Assembly (NCBI RefSeq): GCF_044704955.1
Contig: NC_091988.1
Location: forward strand, 141,980,001 to 142,044,000
Source of the DNA: Pristiophorus japonicus
Lineage: Eukaryota
Length of the DNA stretch: 64,000 nucleotides
Direction of reading: 5' to 3'
Of the stretch, positions 47,233-60,275 are shown in pieces. A program made the position numbers and the translations under genes. Position 1 is the stretch's first letter. Each line of letters begins with the position of its first letter. The notes under the pieces were generated by a model. It ran no database searches, had not been told where the DNA came from, and was given only the letters and a program-made list of their open reading frames with translations.

Positions 47233-47896
47233 AACAAGTATGAGCCAGAAAAATATTGTTTTGTTTACTAAAGAGCTGGGAGCTATTAGCCAGGACTTTA
47301 GATTTGAATAATTCAGAGACTTACTGAACTCCAGAATCGTGTACACTACATTTTCATGTTTGTGATGGTGCTTGTTTCCATGTACTTTCATTAAACATCT
47401 TATTTGAAAATAATGAGTTAAATGACATTGAACACTCCCAAATAAATTCCCATGGAAACATAATGCTCTCTGGTTGAAAGTATATTATGCTGGAATGTCT
47501 GCAAGTAAATGGATTGACCGAGCTGCAGCGTGTGACAACTTTGAAATCTGAATGATTTAAGAATTCTTGGATTTCGACCATTAATATTCATCGCAAGTGG
47601 AACATGTTTTGTGGAGAGCAATGCAAGCTTTCTTGACTGGGGAGAGAGGATCCAAGCAACATTTTCAAACCTCATCTACTTAGCTCGTCGAAGACTTATT
47701 TCTATACCTTAGAATGACTGACTATTGCAAATCCGAACAGGGAAAGGAGATACAAGCACCACCATGGAGTGTTGAGTGTCAGACTACTATCATGACTAAA
47801 TGAGCATTTTTGCACATCAATCTGAACATGTTGGGTACAATGGTTACAAAACAGATGTTTCAAGTTAGCTCCAATACACAGGAGACAAGGTATCAC

Positions 47897-48298
47897 CAAC
47901 AACAATTTGTATTTATAGAACACCTTTAATGTAATAAAACATCCCAAAGTACTTCACAGGAGCATTGTCAAACAAAAATTGACACTAAGTTGACAGTAGG
48001 GCAGTTGAGAGGTAGGTTTTAAGGAGTGTCTTAAATGAGGAAAGAGGTAGAGAAGTGGAGGGGGAAATCCAGAGCTTAGGGCCTTGGCAGCTAAAGGCAG
48101 GCCACCAATGGTGGAGTATTTAAGATCAGGGATACGCAAGAGGCCAGAGGAGCGCAGATATCTCGGAGGGTTGTAGGGCTGGAGGAGATTGCAGAGATAG
48201 GGAGGGGCAAGGCCATGGAGGGATCTGGAAACAAGGATGAGAATTTTAAAATCATGACATTGATTAACCGGGAGTCACTAAGTCAGTGAGCACAGGGC
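47897..48298 (-). mobile_element. L2 LINE 3' end with (TTG)n tail
   Basis: Reverse complement of the L2 3' region at 10700-10900; matches 57022-57405. Confidence 0.85.
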
Positions 48299-50572
48299 CA
48301 TCCCATTTAGCTTATGTTGATATCTTAATTAATTTGAATAAATGCAATGTTTTCTTTGGTTATAACTCCCACCTCAAAGATTTTGACAAACAAAAATGTT
48401 TTTTTAGATCAACTACACTGCAAAACGAATGCTGGTTCTTCAATTAAAATGTACTGCACTTTCCCTGACCGATTCAATTATCTTACACGATTTTCCATTA
48501 AACTTTTAGAATGAAAGCATAATTTAGCAATTTCACTAGTAGCCGCTGTCATCTTGAACGCCTCTGCCGTATATCAGGTTGTGTTATATAAAATCTACTG
48601 CCACATAGCAACTTTCCTATTATTTGTAGTGCAGTCAAATCAATAAGAACTGACCTCTGGGTTTAACTTGTTATACAAAAGCCATGTAGAGGCAGTTATT
48701 TAAATCAGTTGAGTTTTACATTTATGCACGTTACCAAGGTAAGGTTCCATATGCTTCATCTAAATTGCTTCTTTACCAAGCTACATGTGATTTTGATTAA
48801 TTTTAACAGCGATCTGGGGAAGGAATCAGATTGTACTTCTTATTCTTATTGCTTCAAATAAGTAACTACGTAGATAGAAAGAAAGCAAAGAAGAAAAAAA
48901 AAGGAATTTATTATTTTAGTTGACATAGCTATTGTCAGCGATAGTAGTGACAGTACAGTAAGGCTGCTAATTAAACTTCAGTAACAGACCTGCAACACTT
49001 GTTTGCCCCAGCAGTGTAGTCAGCTATATTGTGCTTGTTTATAAATGATGTTCATCAGCATCATAAACGTGACTAAGCAATTCTCAGAAAAGCTGCCAAT
49101 ATGCTCGAATAGAACAAAGTTTCCTTTAGAGCTTTGTTCAAGCCCTAGTTAGATTTGTTGCTGGAAACATGTTATGAATGCTAACTATGCAATTAAGTTT
49201 GCTTGGGTAACTAACTACAAACTTTCGCACATCAGATTTACTGCACTATAAACTAATTGTGTGAAATACAAAACCACCATAGCAGGAGATATCTCTGGGC
49301 TTTGGAAGAACTGATGGACATGACAAGCTACAATACTGCATTCACTGTCAAGCCAAAAATATTTTTATTTGCCCATTTTTCTTTCTTTCAATATTATATT
49401 GAAGCTTAGTAATTTGATACGTGACCCTGGCAGGATGGTGATGGTGGTGATGATTTACCAGCAAGCATTGTTCATCATAGGACCTGGAGGGCCAGACCAG
49501 TCACTTGGGGTTGAGATTCTTCCCACCCCTCTCAGATAATCCTCTAAACCAACCTTCCAATATTAGGCTGGTCCTGGTTAAACCAGCAGCAGGAAGTTTA
49601 CCAGTGCTCTGTGCCAATAAGCTATGGTAATAAGCTACATGGTTTTAGCTGGTTAAAAATCCTATGCGCACTTGTGGGTCCTTGAACTGTGGTTGTTGTC
49701 AACCTTCACCTAAGATCTCTGATGATGGGTAAGTGGGTGGTATCTGAGGAGAGCGTGCACATTCTATATCAGAGTGCGGATCTTTCAGTAGTTTGGTTTG
49801 AAGATATTTAAACATGGTGAGGATTTTTGCACGTGTTGGGCACCCAGCTAACAAACCTTTCAATTATCTTATTAAACTAATGGTAACTCATTCTAAATCT
49901 AATCACGCCTCAATCGAAAGATTCAAATTTGTGAATTACCATTGTTTCTGCTAATCAGCAGCAAGAATTAAGAAGCTGGAGAGAAACAAGATATTAAAAG
50001 TACAAGGAGGGTGAAATCATGACCAATATCAAGAGGAAATACTTTAGTATTTTTTTTCCCCAATGAAAACCTGCAGTGGTGAGTCACATTCAGAAAAGAC
50101 CTGCTCAGGCCATGGAGTTGATTTGACTATTTGAAATCTTTCCTGACTTTTATCGCCATTAAGATCAATGGAAATAAAAATTGGGAGCTATGTAAAGCAG
50201 GCTGCCGATTCGCTATCCCCCCATTTTACATTATCTCAAAATGTCAAAATCTTTTCCCCCTCCGACCCCCTTTTCCAGCATGCCGACCGCGATCCTGGTC
50301 ATATCGACATCCTTCGGAGTCACTGATATTCATTAAAGCATTTGAACAAAAGTCTAAAAGGTCAGTGCCAGTTCAGACTCAATTCCCGACTGGTACTGAA
50401 CCTTTGAGTTGTGCTCAAGTACCAGCATTGAGAATAGGATGGGTGTCAGTTCATGCTCTGACACCTGATCAGAAGACGACGCAGCTGATTTATAGCAGAG
50501 GTTTCAAACAACACCCTTTTAAGAACATTTTCTCCCAGTGAAGGGACAGTCTTAGTGACATGTATCCCACCA

Positions 50573-52008
50573 GGATTCTGGAGAGGTCCCAGCAGATTGG
50601 AAAACTGCAGATGTAACGCCCCTATTTAAAAAAAGCAGACAAAAATCAGGAAACTATAGACCAGTTAGCCGAACATCTGTGGTTGGGAAAATGTTGGAGT
50701 CCATTATTAAAGAAGCAGTAGCAGGACATTTGGAAAAGCAAAATTCGGTCAGGCAGAGTCAGCATGGATTTATGAAGGAGAAGTCACGTTTGACAAATTT
50801 GCTGGAGGTCTTTGAGGATGTAACAAACAGGTTGGATAAAGGGGAACCAGTAGATGTGGTGTATTTGGACTTCCAGAAGGCATTTGACAAGGTGCCACAT
50901 AAAAGGTTACTGCATAAGATAAAAGTTCACGGGTTGTGGGTAATATATTAGCATGGATAGAGGATTGGCTAACTAACAGAACAGAGAGTCGGAATAAATG
51001 ATTCATTCTCTGGTTGGCAACCAGTAACTAGTGGGGTGCTGCAGGGATCAGTGCTGGGACCCCAACTTTTTACAATCTATATGAACGACTTGGAAGAAGG
51101 AACTGAGTGTAACGTAGCCAAGTTTGCTGACGATACAAAGATGGGAGGAAAAGCAATGTGAGGAGAACACAAAAAATCTGCAAAAGGACTAAGTGAGTGG
51201 GCAAACATTTGGCAGATGGAGTATAATATTGGAAAGTGTGAGGTCATGCACTTTGATTTTTTTCTGCCAAAGAAAAAGTTATTATTTAAATGGAGAAAGA
51301 TTGCAAAGTGCCGCAGTACAGCGGGACCTGGGGGTACTTGTGCATGAAACACAAACGGATAGTATGCAGGTACAGCAAGTGAAGGGAATCGAGTATAAAA
51401 GCAGGGAAATCTTGCTACAGCAATACAAGGTATTTGTGAGGCCACACCTGGAATACGGCGTGTAGTTTTGGTTTCCATATTTACGAAAGGATATACTTGC
51501 ATTGGAGGCAGTTCAGAGAAGGTTCACTAGGTTGATTCCAGGGATGAGGGGGTTGACTTATGAGGAAAGGTTGAATAGGTTGGGCCTCTACTCATTGGAA
51601 TTCAGAAGAATGAGAGGTGACCTTATCGAAACGTATAAGATTATGAGGGGGCTTGATAAAGTGGACGCAGAGAGGATGTTTCCACTAATGGGGGAGACTA
51701 GAACAAGAGGGCACGATCTTGGAATAAGGGGCCGGCCATTTAAAACAGAGATGAGGAGAAATTTCTTCTGACGGTTGTAAATCTGTGGAATTTGCTGCCT
51801 CAGAGAGCTGTGGAAGCTGGGATATTTAATAAATTTGAGAAATAGACAGTTTCTTAAATGATAACTGGATAAGGGATTATGGGGGAAGCAGGCGGGGAAG
51901 TGGAGCTGAGTCCATGATCAGATAAGCCATGATCTTATTGAATGGCGGAGCAGGCTCGAGGGGCCATATGGCCTACTCCTGTTCCTATTTCTTATGTTCT
52001 TCTGTTCT
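50573..52008 (+). mobile_element. CR1 LINE, 5'-truncated, RT to 3' tail
   Basis: NYRPVS, QHGFMK, DVVYLDFQKAFDKVPH, KFADDTK and RRMRGDLIETYK; tail TTCTTATGTTCT. Confidence 0.96.
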
Positions 52009-52924
52009 ATAGCAGCACCGAAAAAGGCTACTCAGCCCATTGTGCCCGTGCTAGTTCCCTGAAGGGGTAATCCATTTTGTCCCATTCACCACCTTTCTTG
52101 ATCGTTTTTTTATTCTTTTTCAAATATCACTCCACGTCAATTTTAAAAGTTATGAATTCTGCTTCCACCGCTCTTACTGGCAGGGCATTTTCTGACCGAG
52201 CAATCATCTGCATAATAAAAAAATCATAACCGCTTCCTTCATTATTTTGATAAATGATCTTAAAAGTAATATTCTCTAGTTACTGACTCACTGCAAGTAG
52301 AAACTGTTTTGTTCCCCAATTAACCTCATTAAAAGTGTTCAAAAGAACACCTCTCCATCAGTCTCCTCTTAACCTTCCCAGTTCTGATGTAAAGTGACCC
52401 AGATTCTCTATTAGCAAAGATTCTCATCAATGGTGTCATCTTAATGAATCTCTTCTTTACCCTCCTCATGATATTGACTTATCCAGGACATTGACTTCTC
52501 TTCTAAAAGTAAGGCACCCAAAACTGGCCATAATATTTGGACAGCCCCAATGATTTGTACAGATGTTTCTTTGGTATTCAATGCACTTATTTTTAAAACT
52601 TAGGACTTGAAGCTTTTTTTTTGTACAGCTTTATGAATTTGTCCTCCCCCTTCTAAAGATGTATATATCTGAACTCTTAAGTGTCTGTCCTCATCAGCTG
52701 CTCCTTTCAAGGTATTGCCATTTAGTGTATATATTCTCATTCTTCCTCCCAAGATATACCAATTAACACTTCTCTGCATAAAATTCCTTCTGACATCTAT
52801 TTGCCCAATCCACTACCTTGTTTATATCCTCATGAAATCACATACATTTCTGTTCAGTTCAATACACTTGCAGCTTTAGTGTTGCCCGTTGTTTTCAGTC
52901 CTTTAAAATCAACTGCCTAAGCAT

Positions 52925-54065
52925 GGGGTCAAGTTTCGGCCCGAGTTGCTCCTATTTTTTTTGGAGCAACTAGTTTAAAATGGAGTATCTTAGAAATTGC
53001 AATTCTCGGCCTTTAGTTTGCTCCAGTTCTAGTGAGTTAGAACAGAACAGATTTTTTTAAAAAAAGGGGGCGTGTCCAGCCACTTACGCCTGTTTTGCAA
53101 GTTTAGGCAGCAAAAACTTACTCCAAACTAACTTAGAATGGAGTAAGTGTAGATTTTTGTACACAGAAAAGGTTTGCCTACACTTAGAAAATCAGGCGTA
53201 TGGAACGAGAGATTTTGGGGGGGGGGGGGGGGCAGGGGGGTTTACAAACATTAAACACTTCACTTTTACAAATAAAGAGCCATCAATAATAAATGATAAA
53301 TCAATAAATAAACCAAATTAAAAATTAAAAAAAAATTAAAAATCACTCAGTAAATAAAACATTATTTCTACTCACCTACTGCAGCACCGGGGAGAAGAGT
53401 GGGGGGAGGGGGGGGGGGGAGATGAAGAGAGGAAGATGGGGGGGGGGGAAATGAGAGGAAGATGGGGGGGGGGGGGAAAGAGAAGAGATGAGAGGAAGAT
53501 GGGGGGGGGGGAAGAGATAAGAGGAAGATGGGGAGGGGGGGGAGAAGATGAGAGGAAGATGGGGGGGGGAGCAGAGAGGAAGATGGGGAGGAAGAGTGAA
53601 GACGACGAAGAAGCAGCCCCGCATGCAGCCGATGCCAGGCTGCCGATGCCGATATCTCTTCGGGCGGGGCCCACCCCAGCGAGATGCGGGCGGGCAGGCC
53701 CTGCTAAAGACAACGACGACACCGGCTACCAGGAGTTCTTCGGGCGGGGCCCGCTCCCAGCAAGGGCCCCGCTGCCGAGGTAAGATGCACAGGCCTCTCG
53801 GCCGGGGATAGGGGCGACATCCCTTTGGCCTGGGATAGGGTCGTCGCTCTGGAGACAGGACGCCGGCAGCTACTACGCACGCGCGCAGCTGCCGGCACTG
53901 TTTTTGGCGCAGGGCTGTAGCTCCGCCCCCAGCAGCTCCCGCTGCGCAGCGCCGAGGAAGAATTGGGCCTACAGCTATCTGAGAATCGCGAGGCAAGTAT
54001 TCGGCGCAATTTTTGTTCTATAAATTAGGCGGGCCTCTCCTAGCAGGCGGCCGAAACTTGACCCC
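52925..54065. mobile_element. Non-autonomous Harbinger element related to 15025-16395 (opposite orientation)
   Basis: Perfect 17-bp TIRs GGGGTCAAGTTTCGGCC and GGCCGAAACTTGACCCC; shares blocks such as GTGGCYGGACACGCCCCCTTTT and AAAACAGTGCCGG. TSD not preserved. Confidence 0.9.
53390..53610. repeat. Purine-rich minisatellite (GAGAGGAAGATG+G-run units)
   Basis: About six visible units with long G-runs. Confidence 0.9.
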
Positions 54066-54599
54066 AAGTTGCCACACCTCCTTCACTACTGTGTGCTTTC
54101 ATTTTAACAAGTCTCTTTTATGGTAACTTACCAAATAACTTTGGAAAATCCCTATACCAGCAGCACATATTTTATCAGTGCACTCTTATTTCTTTACATA
54201 AGAACTCAATTAAAATGAAAAACATGTAGTTGGCTACGTAGTAATAGAGCATGCACAACTGCTCCCCCATTGGTTACCAATTATGAATTAAAAATAAAAT
54301 ACTAAATTGATAAGCAATGGGCTCCTCTTGAATGTTTTGTTCCTCAAAAATGTGTTATTTGGAAGCACAGATACGGCAGATTGTGTGAACAAATTGCCTG
54401 TATTCACTCAATGATTAGTATTTTTATTGTGTGCATCGTAGGATTGAACCATTTAAGAGAGAACAATTTAAAAATATAAAGCAAAATAAATCATTGAAAG
54501 TAGATTTAATTTGTATATTTAGCAGAAACAGAATACATTCATAGCATGCTCATGTGACTTTTGTATCCAACATCACTTGATTCTCACTGGTGGTGACAA

Positions 54600-54860
54600 T
54601 GAAGGTCCTTGCCTTGGTCAGACCTCATCTGGAGTATGGTGTTCAATTTTGGGCATCACGCCTCTGGAAGAATATATTGGCCTTCCTCCAAAAGGCTGTG
54701 GATGCTGGGACAATTAAACCATTCAAGACCGAGATCAATAGATTTTTGTTGCTCAAAGGTATCAAGGACAATGGAAGAAAGGCGAGGTACAGATCATCCT
54801 TGATCTAACTTAATGGCAGAGCAGGCTCAAGGAGCTGAATAAGAATAGGAGTAGACCAGT
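54600..54860 (+). mobile_element. CR1 3' fragment with internal deletion
   Basis: ALVRPHLEYGVQFW joined directly to the KAVDAG..FKTEINRFL segment. Confidence 0.8.
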
Positions 54861-56034
54861 TTCCTTACTTTCAACAACCAGACCCGCTAGATGGTGTTCA
54901 ATCAGGATATTCTGCTCAGGGTAATTCTGTGCAGGTTGGATTCTCAGGAGAGTTTGAGAATTAGGCTGATGCCCAAGGTGAAGAGTTATGGCTTCATTAC
55001 AGCACACGTATGCGTGTGTGTTTATGTTTTTGAGAGCGCGAGAGAGCGAGAGAGCGAGAGAGCTTCGTGGTCTGGCCACTTTTACGGATACCGGATATTT
55101 TTTTCTTGCATTCAAATTCTCAAAATGCCGAAGTAGGATTTGAACTCCCATTCTCTGGGTTACTCGCCCAGTAACAATCACTACACTACTAGTACTTGAC
55201 CAGTAAATTCCACCTCCCTTGCGAGCAGGTGACTAGTGTGGGAGGGGCAGCGGGATGTCCAGCTGATTCGAATGGCCAGGCTGCAGTAATGTGACACTGG
55301 CTGGCTGCCTGGCAGACCAAAATAGCAGGGAAATTGGCAGGAAGCGGTGTAAAGTCGGGTGGCTCAGAGGCCACCAACTGGGCCCAAGTGAAGTGTCGGG
55401 GTTGTGGGGGGGAAAAAAGTGTGTCTGGGACAGGGAAGGATGATAGTTCCCTTGTGGGACCCAGAGGAGCATTCCTGGTCACACAAAAGAAAGTTTTAAA
55501 CTTACATTATAGGACCTCATTAGTGATCAGACCAAGTTCTTGCTGTTGGGACGGCTGCTGTGAGAGCTTCTGAAAAACCAGGCATGTTAAAACTAGAATG
55601 AATGAAACACCCACGCCATTTTAACTGCCCACTCACTTGGTTTTTGTCGGGTGGTGGATGTTAAAATTTCCATCATATTTCAAAAGTTCTGTCAATCACA
55701 TATTAAATAAAAGGTTTTAATAACGGTCTACACGGATAGCTGGAGCTAGTCCAGAAAACTCTACTCTTCTGGTTAACACCATGCCAGCTTTTCAACCGAC
55801 ATTTCGTTATCAGAGTCACAGCAGCAGAAGGGATTAAAGAAACCTGGTCTGTACCACTTTAAAATGAAGTTAAAAGTGCAATGCCTGAACAGACTGCTTC
55901 CTATTAAAGTGATTTAAATAAATGTGCAAGCAAAATAATTCCCCCATATGTTCATTTGTTTTTACTGGGAGTGGTTAGACATTACTTTTATAGTTTATTT
56001 CGCACTCTCTGCATTTTCTACAAGTGCGCTTTAC

Positions 56035-56116
56035 CATGGATCCATAACCGGTTCACTCGTCTCTACCTCGGTTTCTTTCCTCAAAATGGCTCAATCATCA
56101 ATATTTGAGCAAGAGC
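56035..56116 (-). other. Candidate 82-nt host-gene exon (5' UTR plus start codon)
   Basis: TTTACAG|GCTCTTG...GTTATGGATCCATG|GTAAAG in non-repetitive DNA. All three frames have stops before the terminal ATGs. Confidence 0.35.
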
Positions 56117-56609
56117 CTGTAAACCAATTAATGTGATATTTAGCCACTGGAGACGCATCTTTCTGATATCTATCTATTTTTCCTATATTTTGCCCTCTCG
56201 ATTTTGCTTTCTCCTTCAGCAGGGCGCAAGGTCATGATCTGCATCACAAGCATTTGCATGGCCATGACTGATGTCACCCATCGCTGGTCAAGGGGAGCAC
56301 TTGGCAGCGTTTTCGCCCATCAATCACACTACAGGTGCTGGAAGGAGTTACTTGGGGGGGGGGGGCTGGGTCCAAGAACGCATGTTCACATAATCATGGT
56401 TCGGCACCTGCCATGGTCGCACTGCAGAAGGGTAAGCAGCTACCGCTGGAGCTCCACACCTCCCAACTCATGAGATCATCATTCAGTGGGCTTGGTGTTT
56501 ATCAGGAGGAAGACGACAATGCACTCAGTTTTTATGATGAGTTGTGCTGCTCATCATAATACTGTTGAGTAATTCCTGCTATCCACGCGAGCAAGTACCG
56601 TATCGTTAG

Positions 56610-56925
56610 AGATGCTATCCTGCAGAGGAGCTGGTAAACCAAGGTCCCGCCTACTCTTTCCTGTGGTTCAGGTGAACATTGAGGATCCCATGGCATTGGT
56701 CAGAGAGCAGGGCATTCCGAGTATCTTGGCCAACATTTCTACCTAAAGCAGTCCAATCAAAAAGCAGGCCAACTGGTCATTTGTCTCATTGCTGTTTGTG
56801 GGATGGTACCAACATAGAATCAACTCTGTATTTTCCTCATTGACAGTCACAATGCACTTCAATGATTGTATGAAGCACTTCATGGAGATATTTCAACATG
56901 ATACAAGGATGTTATTATAAAAGTA
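56610..56925 (+). mobile_element. Deu-domain SINE, degenerate
   Basis: GATCCCATGGCA...CTGGTCATTTGTCTCATTGCTGTTTGTGGGA. Confidence 0.7.
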
Positions 56926-57021
56926 AAACATCCTCTAAAATTACAAGTGTTACAAAACAATTCTGAAATACTTGTGTAAATTTAAAGAAAAATCTGCTAC
57001 TGTGCTTCTCTCACTAACTGA

Positions 57022-57405
57022 CAACAACAACTTGTATTTAAATAGTGCCTTTAACATAGTGAAATATGCCAAGGTGCTTCACAGGAGTATTATGAGATTA
57101 AAAGTTTGACACCAAGCCACATAAGGAGAAATCAGGGTAGGTGACAAAGCTTGGTCAAAGAGGTAGGTTTTAAGGAACGTCTTGAAGGGGGAAAGAGGTA
57201 GAGAGGCAGAGAGGTTTAGGCAGGGAATTCCAGAGCTTGTGGCCTAGGCAACAGAAGGCACGACCAGCAATGGTTGAGCGATTATAATCAGCGATCCTGA
57301 AGAGGACAGCAGACATCCGGGGGGGTGGGGGAAGAGTGGGGCTGGAGGAGACTACAGAGATTGGGAAGGTGAGGCCATGGAGGGATTTGAAAATAAGGAT
57401 GAGAA
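57022..57405 (-). mobile_element. L2 LINE 3' end with (TTG)n tail
   Basis: Closely similar to 47897-48298. Confidence 0.85.
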
Positions 57406-59039
57406 TAATGAAATAATGAGATTCAAATATTGTTCATTGCTCTCCCATCTAGATGACTCAATTGCAATCCAAGCTATGATGAATATTTTAATATCATAGT
57501 TCATTTGCCCCCATCTCAACCACTGGAGTAGCCCAGAACTGAAAATGGCAGTGGATTAAAAACAGCAGCGTTCTGAATATCCCGAATCTCGGGAAGCTTT
57601 CCTGAGGAAGGGGCTTGTTTATATGTCTCAAAGAACTTGGACATGTAGCTCTTTAAACATATTTATTGTGGAATCTATTTTACTGCAAGAAGATGGTGCC
57701 ACAGATTTTCTATCAGTATAATTAGCTAATGCACATCTCCACTGGGTCACTTAACAGCTGTTTACAAACAGATTTACTGCATTACACTTCATTTTAAATG
57801 TCTGGTCCAGAGGAGAAAAATAACTTGGTAAATTACAGGTCTTCAAATCTCTCCAATATACAATGGGTTTAGCAAACCAGGGTGAAGCAGCTCTCGGGTC
57901 GGACTGCAGCCTTCAGCTATTTGCCTTGGTACGGGATTAATCACCATCAGCTGTGAGGCTGTTGATGACCGTGAATGTCTTCACTCTGCCCATAGGTCAA
58001 TGGTTGCTTATCTGGGGAGGGAGGGATGTTCTATCAATATATAGATAGATATATAGATATAGATGTGTAAATGTGAATTTAATAACTTGGCTATAGTTTA
58101 CATTATGTAACCTATTCATGCACAGAAAGCACACCTTGGTATAATAATATTTTCATTTTTACCAAGTTCATGACAAAAAGAGAGAGAGAGAGATTTAAAA
58201 TAAAACCAACACCTGAATATAATCAACACAATGGCAGCCCTCTTCGGGATACATAGATTTCAAAATTATGTATTTTCAGCAAGATTTTCTATAGTACTCA
58301 TAAATAGTTGCATCTGAAAATTGATTATATTCTATAGCCATCTAAAATAATTTGGAATCTATTCTATCCTTATCCAATTTGAAAACCTTCTTTTAATGCT
58401 ATCCTTCTAAATAAATACATTTTGTGAAAATTGTATTTTAAATGTTTAAAGTTTAGTGCATAGCTAAGCTTTGGCAAATAAAGCAACTTCTTCAACTAAA
58501 TAGTTTATTCCTTTACACCCGATTTGGGGACAGGAATAAAAATCACCACACAGGGGAAAATTAGGTCTTCGGTCTGGATATTTGGAGAATAAAAATGAGA
58601 GCATTTAGCTGTGTTGGTGTAAAAATAACAGTACAAAGCTAAACATTACAGTGAGTGGAATTAAAAAATAGATTTCACTTTTTCCTGATGTGATCTCACC
58701 AGGTTTTTGAATGTTACTGTAGTTTAAACACTTGGACATCCTGGTAATAGATAGATCTGTAATTGGTTTCTGCTCAGTACAGTTCAAAACAGGACAAGCT
58801 GCCAGGTAAAGGAATGAAGTGTTTCAAAGGATTAGAAAGGTAATAACCATCCAACTGGGAGAAGATAGGAGAGCGAGTTGTTATAGCAGCTAGCTAAGCT
58901 GAAAGTACATTGATACCCCAGCATGCTGTCCCACAAGTAAACTCTGAACTTGCAGGGCTCTGCATAATCGGAGACTGGATGAAAAGGAATAACTTTACGG
59001 AACCAATATTATCTACTGCAGCTCATAATTCAATGAAAA

Positions 59040-59200
59040 AAAAATCTGCTGATGCTGGAAATCTGAAATAAAAGCAGAAAATGTTGGAAATACGCAGCGG
59101 GTTAGGCAACATCTGAGACAGGATAGGGCAGATTATTGACGTCTTGGATGTGCAATCCTTTATCAGATCTGCTGTGCATTTCCAGCATTTCCGCTTCTTC
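59040..59200. repeat. Penelope-associated repeat with a degenerate hammerhead core
   Basis: Similar to 42362-42487; the minus strand reads CTGATAAAGGATTGCACATCCAAGACGTC. Confidence 0.6.
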
Positions 59201-59840
59201 TCCATGTTCAGGGCCCACTTTGTGCAGTCAGGTTCCACTTACAATCTACTTCATGCAATGTCTGACAACTGATTATTATGGGAATGTTTCTAAATTACTG
59301 ACTCAAATATATGCAGAACATTGCCACTTACATAAGTAAAAGGAATGCTCCCACTGTATCATTACAATATACTGGGTGGATACGAGTTTGTACACCTGCC
59401 CCTTAGGGTCTGTACACAAGTGAATTTCACATTTGAAATGTGCTTTTGAGGGGAAAGCACCAGGCAGAAGCTTCACAAAGTGGCATTTGGGTGCGACATT
59501 TCGGGCTGCTTTTGCTAAATTCCAATGGATCCCACATCAGTGACCATCAGTGACTATTGGAGTGTGGGAGGTGCAAATTCTGCCCAGTCTACCTCCAGAG
59601 TTTAAAGTCCAGGGTTGATGGGGCAGCATGAGGTAGAATTCCAACCCAATTCCTGGGCCTTGCCAAGGCAGAAAAAAATCAAGCTTTACTCCCTCTCCAG
59701 CCCCAACAATTGTTTGGTCTATGCGTCCCTGTAGGACTTATTTCAAAATTAATATTGCAAATTGAAAAAAAAAATGTGGGATGGTCCAGCTTTAATAGAA
59801 CTTCAGATAGACAAATACAACTGTTGCTGCCTCTTGATGT

Positions 59841-60275
59841 GTGTCAGCTGTGGCTCAGTGAGTAGTACACTTGCCTGAGTCAGAAGGTTGTGGGTTCAAG
59901 TCCCACTCCAGGGACTTGAGCATATAAATCTCGGCTGACGCTCCAGTGGAGTGCTGCACTGTCAGAGATGTCGTCTTTCAGATGAGTTATTAAACTGATG
60001 CTCCATCTGCTCTCTCAACGAGATGTAAAAGATCCCATGGCACTATTTGGAAGAGGAGCAGAGGAGTTATGCCCCATGTCCTGGCCAATATTTATCCCTC
60101 AACATAACAAAAACAGTTTATCTGGTCATTATCACATTGCTGTTTGTGGGAGCTTGCTGTGCACAAGTTGGCTGCCGCATTTCCCACATTACAACAGTGA
60201 CTGCACACCACTGGCTGTAAAGTGCTTTGAGATGACTGGTGGTCGTGAAAGGCACTATATAAAAGTAAGTCTTTT
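59841..60275 (+). mobile_element. Full-length Deu-domain SINE (SacSINE1-like)
   Basis: A box TGGCTCAGTGAG, B box GGTTCAAGTCC, central domain CTGGTCATTATCACATTGCTGTTTGTGGGAGCTTGCTGTGCAC, and tail GTGAAAGGCACTATATAAA. Confidence 0.92.

Larger units (their letters stand above)
52010..54210 (-). mobile_element. Old CR1 LINE, degenerate, interrupted by the element at 52925-54065
   Basis: Reverse-complement similarity to other CR1 3' regions (for example 46510-47232). It continues after 54065. Confidence 0.6.

Noticed and set aside
53372-54009. Several overlapping ORFs of 87-206 aa
   Set aside because: Low-complexity GC-rich repeat within a non-autonomous transposon; no domain motifs.
59841-59910. 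tRNA gene
   Set aside because: The A/B boxes continue into a SINE body repeated many times in the window, and no full cloverleaf is evident.
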